From contig NC_068981.1 of the NCBI RefSeq assembly GCF_001194135.2, positions 38,922,848 to 38,986,847 on the forward strand: DNA of 64,000 nucleotides. The letters are read 5' to 3'. The notes under the pieces are model-generated. The model worked only from the letters and a program-made list of their open reading frames with translations. It searched no databases and was not told the origin of the DNA. Both the position numbers and the translations under genes were made by a program. Below, piece by piece: positions 12,380 to 23,508 of this stretch. The DNA is from Octopus bimaculoides. Taxonomy: Eukaryota. How positions within the stretch are numbered: the stretch's first letter is position 1; each line of letters opens with the position of its first letter.

Positions 12380-12889
12380 TTAATATTCCATGAATGTTGT
12401 ATAAAACATACAATTCAATGTAGAATAATTTTATGTGACAAATATTGAATCCCATAAATAGCAGATATTATTTTACTCATGACCGTATAAGCATTGATAT
12501 ATTTAGTTCTTCACAAATTGTGTTTGAAAGATGCAAGATTTTCAACTTGAATATTTCTCTAAAGGAATCTCTAACTTGATCATATTAATCTTTGTGTTTT
12601 CATGACAAAAATAAAAAAAAGAAAAAGGAAAAAAGAAAGAAAACCAACTAATAAAGCATCATTTCTAGTTGAAGTAACTCATCTCTAGTATAATCAGTCA
12701 GTGGTATATAATTTATATTTACAAATTTCAAATAGAATTTCCAATCTAAATAGTCAACAAATGTTTCTTTTTCTAAATTGGATTGAAATGATACTGATAT
12801 TGAAGAAGTGAAATTTATTAGTTTAAATCTAATAAAAGTTGCTATTTTGTCATAAAATATATCACTGCTATCTACTGACCTAGATTTGT

Positions 12890-13032
12890 ACATATATATG
12901 TGTATTATGTGCATGTGTGAGTATATATAGATAAGTATATACATATACACGTACATACATACATATGTATATATATATATATATATATAAACACATATCT
13001 ATATATATACATACATACATAACGTATGTATG

Positions 13033-13091
<59 letters not shown>

Positions 13092-13165
13092 GTGTGTGTG
13101 TGTATGTATGTATGTATGTACACACACACACAACCCCCCCCACACACACACACACACAAACATGC
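12890..13165. repeat. Compound (TA)n/(TG)n/(TACA)n/(CA)n microsatellite
   Basis: Directly visible; source of the YI/HT-rich spurious ORFs. Confidence 0.95.
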
Positions 13166-14110
13166 ATACATCATGGCTGAAACTCACTTTCAAGAGATGC
13201 CATTATTTGCTTGTTCTCTTTAACATGAGCAGCACAAACATGATGATGGCAGGTGCCTCTTGCAGTAAGTGTTGGGAGAACCTATCACCCATGCTGACAC
13301 ATACTTTATTCTAAAATGGCATTTTCATTAAGTGTTTGCTTTTTTTTTTCTTGCCTACACCCAGCCATAATAAACAACATATAATACACAACAAAGATGC
13401 TAGAAAATCAAGTGATGCTTGTGCTTTAAGCTTTTTCAAGAGAGGGAAGTCTTGCACAGTGCCACTTCTACTCTCTGGACAATGTATGCTATTGCTATAG
13501 AAAAGTTAGTCTACATCAGGCAAGCCAAATGAAATCACAGATGTTGTATCACAGTTTTCCTTCTCCTAAAGAGATGGCTAAAACAAACACTAGGTGTCTC
13601 TTACTTCCAGCTGTTGGATGGCTATTGGCTCTACTGAGTTCATCTGCCCTTTTACAGGTTTTGTCCTCATTTTTGCCCTGCAGGGTTCCCAACAAAAACT
13701 ATCCTCTTTACCATGCAGATTTGTTAAGGTTGCTATTTTAGTCACTGCCAGTTCAATCATATGACAAGTTGTACAGGGTTACATGTTACTAGTAGTATAT
13801 CCATTACCAGTATACATACATATGTGATAACATATGCATACATACATAGGCACTCACCCACACATATACACTTTACTTGTTTCAGTTATTAGAGTGCAGC
13901 CATGCTAGGGCACTTCCTTGAAGGGCTTTAGTTGAATGAATCAACCCTAGTATGTGTTTTACTTTAAATCCTGATATTTGTCAGGAAAAATAGTAAGATA
14001 AGTGTTTGAGAGAAAGAAAAGTAATTTCAAGAAATTATGAGTAATTTCTTTTCTTGATTAACATGCTTTGGAACAAAGGAGAATTTGATAAGTGTTTCAG
14101 AAGTGAGATA

Positions 14111-14158
14111 CAGCCATAGACATATTTCAGCTCTTGTGTAGCTTCATCAGCATACTAA
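14111..14158 (-). ncRNA. Type I hammerhead-ribozyme-like motif
   Basis: Minus strand TAGTATG-CTGATGA-AGCT ACACAAG AGCT-GAAA-TAT-GTC-TATGGCTG. Intact core, 4-bp helix II, near-palindromic helix III, wobble-rich helix I. Confidence 0.5.
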
Positions 14159-14489
14159 AGTCATACAGATATAATAAACAGACATTCAGCATATACAGGA
14201 AGAGTTTAGCTGATACTTGGCCAAACGTAATATGCATAATTAAATTTAAAGCACAAAGATAAAATTACTCAAAATATTGTGAACTTGGATATCAAAACCA
14301 ACATGTACTGAATATGATGTGTGATAAATTATTAATTTATAAAAGCTTTTGGCATGGACAGGGAAAGTAAATAAATAACTTGTAGCAAATGTGTTGAGTT
14401 CTAGAACTGTTTATTCACCAAGTTAATAAATAGCTTTGAAAGTAAGCTGTTAGCAGACCTAATGAATAGTATGTATAAGATTACCAGGG

Positions 14490-15997
14490 AGTAAAAGTCT
14501 TAGTATGTAGGAAAGCAGACAAATCACAAACCCCTTCAGGTCAATGGCCTTGCTTGATCTGTAGAAAAGGCATAACGTAGGTAGAAACTCCATAAGATAT
14601 ACTCAGTGTAAGCTATGGACACATAAGAGGTGCAACAATATCAAAGGAAGGTTAACAGAGAAAATAGTTTTTGTGTGTGGAAGGTATACAGGTACAATTA
14701 ACAATATAAATGCGTAAAAAATAGACGCCATCACATGCTAAGGGGGTGGACTAGAAGTAGTCGATAGCTTCCATTACATAGTGGACCAAGTAAGTAGAAG
14801 GGGCTAAGTTCAGAGAGTTCATATTTCTGTTGGTAACAAAATGCTTCTCTATCAGAGTGAAAGGCTGACTGCACGATGCCTGTATGTGAACAGCCATGCT
14901 ACATAGCAGTGAAACATGGGCTGTGACTGCCAAGAACATGTGTAGGCTTGAAAGAAATGAAGCTAGTATGCTTTGCTGGATGTGCNNNNNNNNNNGGACA
15001 CATAAGAGGTGCAACAATATCAAAGGAAGGTTAACAGAGAAAATAGTTTTTGTGTGTGGAAGGTATACAGGTACAATTAACAATATAAATGCGTAAAAAA
15101 TAGACGCCATCACATGCTAAGGGGGTGGACTAGAAGTAGTCGATAGCTTCCATTACATAGTGGNNNNNNNNNNTATGCTTTGCTGGATGTGCAATGTCAG
15201 TGTGCATGTACGACAGAGTGTAAAGGTCCTAAGAGAAAAGTTGTGCATACACAGCATCAGATGTGGTGCGCAAGAGAGATGACTGCACTGATATGGTCAT
15301 ATGGCACATATGGATGAGGACAACTGTGTGAAAAAGTGCCGCACTCTAGCAGTGAAGGGAACCTATGGAAGAGGTAAACCCAAGAAGACCTGGAATGAGG
15401 TGGTGAAGCAGGATCTTAGAATGTTGGACCTCATGGAGGCAATAGCAAATGACTAAGACCTTCAGCAATGTGCCTTGCTTGTGAAGCCCAATTGAGCCAA
15501 GTGAGATCATAGTCGTGGCCAATGCCAGTGCTGCATAACTGGCACATAAAAAGTACCCTTCAAACATTGGGTAATATGATGTGCTTAAGATCTAGCAAGC
15601 CAAGTGAAATCATAGCCATGGCCAATGCCAGGGCTTTCTGACTGACATGCATGCCAGTGGCATGTAAAAGCACTGTTCAAGCATTGGGCCTCATGAAGGC
15701 AGTGACAGGTGACCAAGACCTTTGGTGATTCACCATGCTTGTGTAGACTTGTCAAGCCAAGTGGGATTATAGTTGTGGTTGATGTTGGTGTCACATCAAT
15801 GGTTCCTAGGCCGATGGCACATGAAAAGCATCCATTACACTCTTGGAGTGGTTGGCGTTAGGAAGGACATCCAGCCATAGAAACCTTGCCAAATCAGATT
15901 GGAAAATGGTGCAGCTCCCTGACTCACCAGATTTTACTCAAACCGTCCAACCCATGCCAGAATGGAAAGTGGACATTAAATGATGATGATGATGCTG
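14490..15997 (+). mobile_element. RTE-clade LINE (family 1), 5'-truncated, with PHD-like finger; contains an assembly duplication
   Basis: WPCLICRKG..GRNSIRYTQCKLWTHKRC..VFVCGRY, LEVVDSFHY, SETWAVTAKNMCRLERNEASMLCWMCNVSVHVRQSV, GRGKPKKTWNEVVKQDL, (GAT)n tail at ~15978-15997. Confidence 0.9.
14986..15173. other. Assembly artefact between two 10-N gaps
   Basis: 14996-15163 is an exact 168-bp copy of 14617-14784. Other gaps: 28332-28353, 42571-43012, 50530-50715, 55428-55684. Confidence 0.9.
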
Positions 15998-16229
15998 ATT
16001 CTGCAGCAAAGGAGTATATTTGACGAGCTTACACCATGATCATGGATTTTGGTTTCATTCAAGCTTTTCTTCTGAGTTCCTAAACAAAGTATATAACTTG
16101 TATGATCTCATTCTATCTAATAAAGAAATTTTGCTTTATGGCTGAAGAGAAAGGAGTCATTTGTGAAATCATGTGATCCTGTAAAATCCCTAGTAATAAG
16201 AAAAATTGGATGTAGAATGACAAGAAAAG

Positions 16230-16460
16230 TCTGTCCACCACAGCAGAAGTGATACTGGTACTGGTTCCACATAAAAAAGCACTTGTTCTGGCACCATATT
16301 GAAAACACCTAGTAGACTCAATGGACTGGTTGGCGTTAGGAAGGACATCTGACCTTACAAACCATGCCAGAACAGACAATGGAGCCTATTGCAGTCCTTG
16401 GCCTTAAATCTTCCAACCCATGCTAGCATGGAAAATGGACGTTAAATGATGATGACGATG
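16230..16460 (+). mobile_element. Short element consisting of the RTE family 1 3' tail
   Basis: ggttggcgttaggaaggacatc...caacccatgctagcatggaaaatggacgttaaatgatgatg matches 15850-15997. Confidence 0.75.
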
Positions 16461-16784
16461 GGGAGGGGGAGGAGGTTGATTGAAGTTCAGTGATGTTGAT
16501 TCTGTATAGAAACTATTTTCACTCATTACCAAATCAAACCAGTCATTGATCTTTTTATAAGGAATTATGTCCAAAATGATTCATCGCCACTTTACTGTTG
16601 CATTGAGTATATTAACTGCATTTCATTTCCGTCTACTTCTCTTGACTTGCTTTGCTCCACTAACACGTTTATTTTAGCTAATGCAAATGCCTAAAATATT
16701 AATATTAGCAGAAATAAAAAGCAAAGTTTATGGACTTTAAATCTGTGAACAGTAAAATTTTCGCAAAGTGTTCGTTCTTTGTTA

Positions 16785-17020
16785 ATTATTCTTTTACTCT
16801 TTCATTTCAGTTGCTGGACTGTGCCCATGCTATGGAACAGCCTTGACAGTTTCGGACAATTATATCAGTTCCAGTACTTGTCGTTCAAATTGTGGCACTA
16901 TTTCTATGAGGCTCTTTTACGGAAGACTAAGTTATGGGATGTAAAAATATTGTTTTATAATCAAGTGTTGGGGAAGCACTAAGACATGCACACAAACACA
17001 TATACACATATATATTCATA
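16785..17020 (-). mobile_element. SINE family A, 3' half
   Basis: Reverse complement of the family A tail followed by a CA/TA tract. Confidence 0.6.
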
Positions 17021-17199
17021 TACATACATATACATTTTATATATTAATGTATGTATAAACATATATAAGTTATGAGCTAGAGGTTATGCAACCATCTAAA
17101 GGATAAATGTATCCATAGGCACTACTGGTGTATTACCTAACTATGTATAGGCTTTCCTAAAAAGGAAGAGAAAAAGGAAAGAAGTTCGTTAAGTCTTTA

Positions 17200-18570
17200 A
17201 ACTTACATTTTTGTGCTCTTTAAAGTTTGCATGTATGTGTAGATTTCCTCAATTAGATGAATGGAGCAGTAAGTAGGGAAAATGACAAGTTGACTGGCGA
17301 TGTTAGTTGAAAGAATTATACCTGTTTGTAATATCCGGTGTCATTAATTGTAATAAATAACCCTGTTTGAGTTCGCTAGATAAGTCCCAATGATTACAAA
17401 TAATGTCCTTGTTAAAAATTAAGGATGCTCTTACAAGTTTAAGTGCGACATATGGTATAAATTTGGGTTATGTAAAATGGTTTAATAAATAAATAAATAA
17501 ATAAATAAAGATGTTATGGGCAGCACGGGCTATCTACTCGTTAATATAATTAAAACCAATCAACTTTTAGAATAGGCTAAATCACTCGTGTAATGGTACT
17601 TATGTTGGTGGCAGTCCTAGCAATAGTATGTTAGTCAGTGATCTAACTTTAATGTGGATATATCAAAGAGAATTATAGCTCCATTTGTTCATCGTACATT
17701 TAAGATAAATAATTCCATTAGTCGGGGTAATTTAATATAATTGCGATATGATATTAAATCATGCACTGTAGTAAGGGGAGAGTCACGGGGAGGTAATCAG
17801 ATGTTAGGCAGGTTAGCTAATAACCTGTAATGTAGGTATTTGCAGTATTTAGAGAATAAGAATTTATCTTTATGTAAGTATGTTCTATTTTTCTTGTCAT
17901 GTTTATTAAGTAATTCTGATTTGGCCATTAAAATGAAGAATTTCTCATTAATGCATAAATTACAGCGATTATTTTAAAGGTTATATGAAGATGTTTTGAG
18001 TAGGATGCACCATTTTAGTCTATAATTAATGTTATCTTTAAGTTCCCAGATGTAACTGCTTAATCCGGTAGAGTTAGCTTTATTTCTATTTTTGAAACTT
18101 GAGAGATGGGAATTATATCTAAGTTTCATGTCATTTTTAGTTGCTCCTATATAAGTTTTCTTGTGATTATTGGAGAATACATCACATTGGTAGATTACAT
18201 TCTTAGTTATACATTTATTTAAGAATTCACAAGTATTTTTTATCCCTGCAGCCATATAGATTAGTAAGATTATCTATGCTTATGATATGGTGAGGAGGAT
18301 TGTCATTTATAAGGTGGTTGTCCATATTTCTAGAGGGTGAGTTATTTGGGGAGATTGCTTATTATATCGATTGATCGGTTGTTGTGATTTTTATTCTTAT
18401 TCTTCCTAGTTTCGTAGAAGGAGTTTAGCTTTTTATTGTTAATAGAGTCTATAATAGTAGCTAGGTTGCTAGTTAGGCTATGGTCTATCCTAATTTTTTT
18501 TTGCTAAAGATTTCTGAGTATTTCGTATTCATATAAAGTTCTTATTTATAAGTTTCATTACAGATTTAAC
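17200..18570 (-). mobile_element. Penelope-like element 3' part with GIY-YIG endonuclease
   Basis: KNVIYQCDV...KTYIGATKNDMKLRYNSHLSSFKNRNKANSTGLSSYIWELKD..WCIL, continuing *NNRCNLCINEKFFIL..ELLNK. Upstream VKSVMKLINKNF..IRIDHSLTSNLATII. Left boundary approximate. Confidence 0.8.
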
Positions 18571-21215
18571 TATATAACTCCTTGGAGCTGGCTAGTCTCA
18601 TATATTCTTCACTCAGGCATTGCAGATCCACTTATCTCTCAACCTCTTGCCAACGTAGTTGCATCCCTTGTCCCCAGCTCTGTACAATCCACTATACCTA
18701 GAACTTCCCCATCGAAGCATTGGCTCTCTAAAATCATGTCCCTGCTCATATATTTCTTGCAGTCATTGACCCACAACAGTTTAAACAGCATCAGGCTCCA
18801 CAAACATAGAGAACTTGTAACAGTCTTTGGCACTGCCCCTGCCTCCACACTCAGCAACTAAAGCACAAGAAAAAAAATGTCTGAGTCGAATTATCATTAA
18901 TTTGATAATAGTTTTTCCGACAAATGATCACATCTTGAGAGATGAAGATTATTTTTTAAATTTTACATGTACACCACATGTAAATCAGTTTGATCATATA
19001 TAGTACTAGTCTTGGAATAAGACGCTAGGTGATGAGTGGAAATCAGACCAGTAAAGATCTAAATATCAAAATATTTTTTATTTCTAAAGGTAAGATTAAC
19101 ATTTATAAAAAATTATGATTGTATGAAACATTCACTTATAAAGTATTTATATTTAATGTAAAATGTATGAATATTTTGTTGTTTTAAACTTCAACTTAAT
19201 TAAAACAGAATTATTTTAAATGACCAAGTAACTCGAAATGCCTGACGTTTTTCAAAATTAATTAAAATGAAAATAGGCAGTGCATTTCATTAGAAATACA
19301 CTGCCTGTTTGCATGTGAGTTACAAAAGAGTTAATTAGAGACTCAACTGTAAATACATGCTTATGTTTAAACAAAACAAAATAAGCAGCAATAAAAAGGG
19401 AATTGAAAGAGGATCATCTTAGTAATCACATTTTATACATTCTTTCTATGCACATGGTTTATTTTGTTCAAAAATAGACACATATAGAATAACAATCGAC
19501 TCTCCAATAAAAGCCATTTACACTCACAATGCTTATTATGCTGAAATCTTTTGCCAAGGAATATAACTTCCTGAGCTTTGTCTGGCTTAGTTAAAAGTTT
19601 CAAACTTTTCTTGAAAATTTAGAATCAAATTTAAAACTTTTAGCAACAAAAATGAATATTTTGAAAATAGCTTCTTTGCACTTTGGCTATAATAAAAGTG
19701 TAATAAGATATTGCATTCCAAGCTATCTTAAAATGATCTAACACTTTGAGTGAATTCTAATACACAGAACACAAGTTATGAACTTGAATGATGATTCACT
19801 TCACCTGGAAGACAAAGTTATTTAGATGACTACTGATTGTAAAGAAATTGAAATTCAGATTGGTGTGAAGAAATTTAAAGGAATTATGTCCTTCCAGATA
19901 AAGATAGATAATAATGATATGATGTAGGTTTACGAATGGATAATCTACATAGTAGTGGAATTTGAAAGAATAAGATCTGATCTCCATATATTGAAATAAA
20001 TCAAATTTATGAGATAATACAAGCCAGCTGGACATGGATGCCTCTGAAAGCAAAGAATCATTGTGTATGATGATGTAATGGAATAAACACGGTCAATTAA
20101 TTGGAGTAACTCTGAAACTATGTGGGAGTTTTAGTGATATTAGGCCATAAAACGAAATAGTCTGGGCTAATCTGACCAGATATAATAATCAAGAAATAAA
20201 TGTTTTAGAATCTTGTCCAATGTATGGGAAAGTGGACATTAAAATGACAATAACAATAATAATGAAAAGAAAGATGAGAGACAGAATTAGAGAACAGAAA
20301 TACTATTATTCACCCAATGAAAAAGTCCGTGCTTCATCATAATAATAACAATCAAGTTTCATGTTAATGAATTCTGTTGTGCAGACTAATGTGGAACATT
20401 TTGATCATTTAAATGAGAAATATGTTGTACCACATGAAATCAATTTACTCAACAATAGAGTTCTCTGATAGAGATTAACTACATGCCATTCCTCATGTCA
20501 ATTACTTAATTCAGGAGCCCATACATGAACACTTAGACTCCTAGAAATAGCAGTAAAATCTTACTTAAATCTCATCATCCTTCTCCAACAATAGTTTCTC
20601 TAAAACTCCTATAAATTCAGGTACATAACTTTTAACACCTTCCTGGGAAAATTAAACCCAATTTTTTTTTTTTTTTTTTCAGATATTGTAGATGTTTCCA
20701 GAATATCTAAGTGTGAAAACACAAAGGAACAGTTTTATTACAAATCAAATAGTTAATGGAAAATGTTATAAACTAACTGTTTCTCTCATTGAAAAGGAAC
20801 ATTTTTCATGAGTAATAAAATTCTGGGTGTGTTGCATAATAATTTTTTCACTGTTGAAGGGAAGCCCTGCTATGTAAAATAATCGTTCAAAATAATTGTA
20901 GTTTTACAATAGCAAGTTGCAGATAGTGTGTACCATAAGAAATCCATTTATCTTTCTCTTATACATTTCAAATCAGTTCTATGCTGAAGTAAATACTGAA
21001 GAGTGTTTTCTTTTTATAATTTAAAATCTATATTTTCATACAATAAAATATTGAAATATGATTTTTTCCCCCTTTTCAGGTTTAGATTAACAATGTTTTT
21101 CTTTTTTACCTGAGTTACACAATTTCACATTTTAACTTTTAAAGACATTTAATTATTAAATATGTTTAAACATTTCAACCACAATATTTTATTGATCTTA
21201 ATATTGACAACAGTT

Positions 21216-21455
21216 AAGGTGGTGAGCTGGCTGAAACCTTAGCACAGTGGACGAAATGCTTAGCAATATTTCATATCTTTATGTTCTGAGTTCAAATTCT
21301 GACGAGGTTGACTTTGTCTTTCATCCTTTTGGGATCAATAAATTAAGTGCCAGTTGCGTACTGGGGTCGATTAAGAACCAGTTGCGTACTGGGGTCGATC
21401 TAATTGACTGACTCCACCTCCCCAAAAGTTTCAGGCCTTGTGCCAAGAGTACAAG
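21216..21455 (+). mobile_element. tRNA-derived SINE, family B, full length with 16-bp TSD
   Basis: aaggtggtgagctggc head, gttctgagttcaaattc B-box-like motif. TSD AATATTGACAACAGTT at 21200-21215 and 21456-21471. Confidence 0.9.
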
Positions 21456-21506
21456 AATATTGACAACAGTTGTTTCCTCTACTGGCTCCAGCATATTATT
21501 ATACTA

Positions 21507-21896
21507 GCACAGGCATGGCTGTGTGGTAAGAAGCTTGTTTCCAAACCATATGGTTCTGGGTTCAGTCTCATTGCATGGCACCTTGGGCAAGTGTCTTCTA
21601 CTATAGTCTCAGGCCAACCAAAGTCTTCTGAGTGGATTTGGTAGACATAAAGTGAAAGAAGTCCAGTGTGTGTGTGTATGTGTCTTTGTATCTGTGTTTT
21701 CCCCACCAGTGCTTGACAACCGGTGTTGGTGTGTTTATGCCCCCATAACTTAGCAATTTGGCAAAAGATATTGATAGAATAAGTACTAGGCTTTAAAAAA
21801 AGTACTGAGATTGATTTATTCGATAAAAAATTCTTCAAGATGGTGCCCCAGCATGGCCACACTCTAATAACTGAAGCAAGTAAAAGATAAAAGATA
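21507..21896 (+). mobile_element. tRNA-derived SINE, family A, full length
   Basis: gcacaggcatggctgtgtggtaagaagc head, ccttgggcaagtgtctt CORE-like block, internal (TG)n, tail gcaagtaaaagataaaagat. Confidence 0.9.
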
Positions 21897-22640
21897 GCAA
21901 TCAATCTACCCATAGAACCAGATATCTATACAACCATTGAATTGTTTGATATTACAGTTACAATGTAAATAAGCGTCTCAAAATTTGAGAGGTGTGTATT
22001 TAAAAAAAAAACTGTAAATATTTTAGGTGAATGATGATGTTAAAATTCTTTTTAGTTTTCTTTTTTAAAATTACCAGCAATTTGCTTTAGTGCAAACATA
22101 TCTGTGAGCACTAAAAAGCTAGCTGAAATGGGTCACGTGGAGAAGGGTACACCATGAAAAATCTTGTACTGTTACTTAGTGATTGACTCATCACTACTTC
22201 AGCAAATTCACTGAAATCTATGCTTTACTGATAAGGTTATAAGAAGGCTAGAACATGTCCAGAGTTTCTTTCCTGTACTTGCTGAAATAATTAAGATATT
22301 GTAGTTAACTTATTTTTTACTTCCCTACTTATTTTTTCTTCACTAATTATTGTAAATTAACTTTTCAATGCTTTCTGCTGACATAAACTTCCTCATTAAT
22401 TGTCTGTCATATTCATGGTTATCATTAATTCATTTATAACTAAATCCAGATACACATCAAGTTGTTGAGGATGCTGAAACTTCATTTGTTTTTAAAGTGT
22501 CCTCTTCCTTGAGTTTTGCAAGTTCTTTAATAGTCAACATACCTAACATGGTTTCAACCTGAGATTTTAATGTCAAATATCCAGATATTCCAAAACTCCA
22601 AGGATAACTTGTTCTTTACCTTTTGGTGAATACTCTATAT

Positions 22641-22997
22641 CAGTGGTTCCCAAACTATGAGTCATGACCCACTGATGGGTCACAAACGGAATCTTAGTGG
22701 CTCACAAAAAGTTATAAAATTATGAATTAGCTTTGATTAACTGCTGTCTATCGAGATAGTTCAAGACTCATGTTTTCAATACCAGACTGGTTGTTTTATC
22801 AAGCAGTAGGCTTTTTTAATTCTATTATTGAGCGTATCAAGAAACAGGCTCATCCTTCTCACAGGCCTCAATGAAAATGTAATCTGAAATAAATTTGTTT
22901 CTTTCATTAATGCTTTTACCCAGTAGAGTTAAGTGGGTCGCCATAAACTGGTGTCATAAATAGTGGGTCGTGTCTCTAAAAAGTTTGGGAACCACTG
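22641..22997. mobile_element. hAT (Charlie-type) MITE, 357 bp
   Basis: Perfect 16-bp TIR CAGTGGTTCCCAAACT/AGTTTGGGAACCACTG and perfect 8-bp TSD CTCTATAT (22633-22640, 22998-23005). Confidence 0.95.
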
Positions 22998-23439
22998 CTC
23001 TATATATTTTTAAATTCAAAATTCAGGATAAAGGAAATGATAGGTTAGTATAATGGTTAGTCACATTCCAAACTTTGTCAGACAGATTTATTGCATCCTG
23101 CTTCTCATCCTTTTTGTACATCTATTACAATAGCCTCTTATTCTCACAGCTGGTTGATCTTGTGCAACCTGCATTCTGACACTCCTGACTTTCCTACCTC
23201 TTTCTTTGATAGCTATATTGGGTTACCCCACCTCAACCATCCCTTGTACTGAACAATATTTTCAGTCCCTTCTCTGCAAGATGACAGTTCCCGAAAAAGA
23301 AAAAAAAATCTCCTCTGCTCATATTTTAGCTGCAGCTTTCAACTTAAAACTGTGCGAAAGGGACTTCAACTCTGGCAATCCTTCCAGTTTTAGACAGCTC
23401 ATAAATACCAGGGGTACACCACCTTCCTCCAGAGCAAAT

Positions 23440-23477
23440 CAACAACAACACCAGCAGCAGCAGCATCAGCAGCAACA

Positions 23478-23508
<31 letters not shown>
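23440..23508 (+). repeat. Mixed CAA/CAG/CAC/CAT trinucleotide repeat (polyQ/H-like)
   Basis: Directly visible; variation is confined to the third position of CAN. Confidence 0.9.

Noticed and set aside
13191-13310. Consensus-looking splice sites on both strands (plus: ttttcaag...gca/gtaagt; minus: ...gaaaa/gtgagt)
   Set aside because: The peptides (RCHYLLVLFNMSSTNMMMAGASC; VLPTLTARGTCHHHVCAAHVKENKQIMASLEK) are unrecognised and the acceptors are weak, so this is not supportable without RNA data.
14996-15163. Exact 168-bp duplication within the RTE LINE
   Set aside because: Bounded on both sides by 10-N gaps and identical to 14617-14784; a scaffolding artefact rather than biology.
19275-19306. 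Hairpin AGGCAGTG-C-ATTTC-ATTA-GAAAT-A-CACTGCCT
   Set aside because: Too short for a pre-miRNA and lies at the end of a MITE related to 8191-8758.
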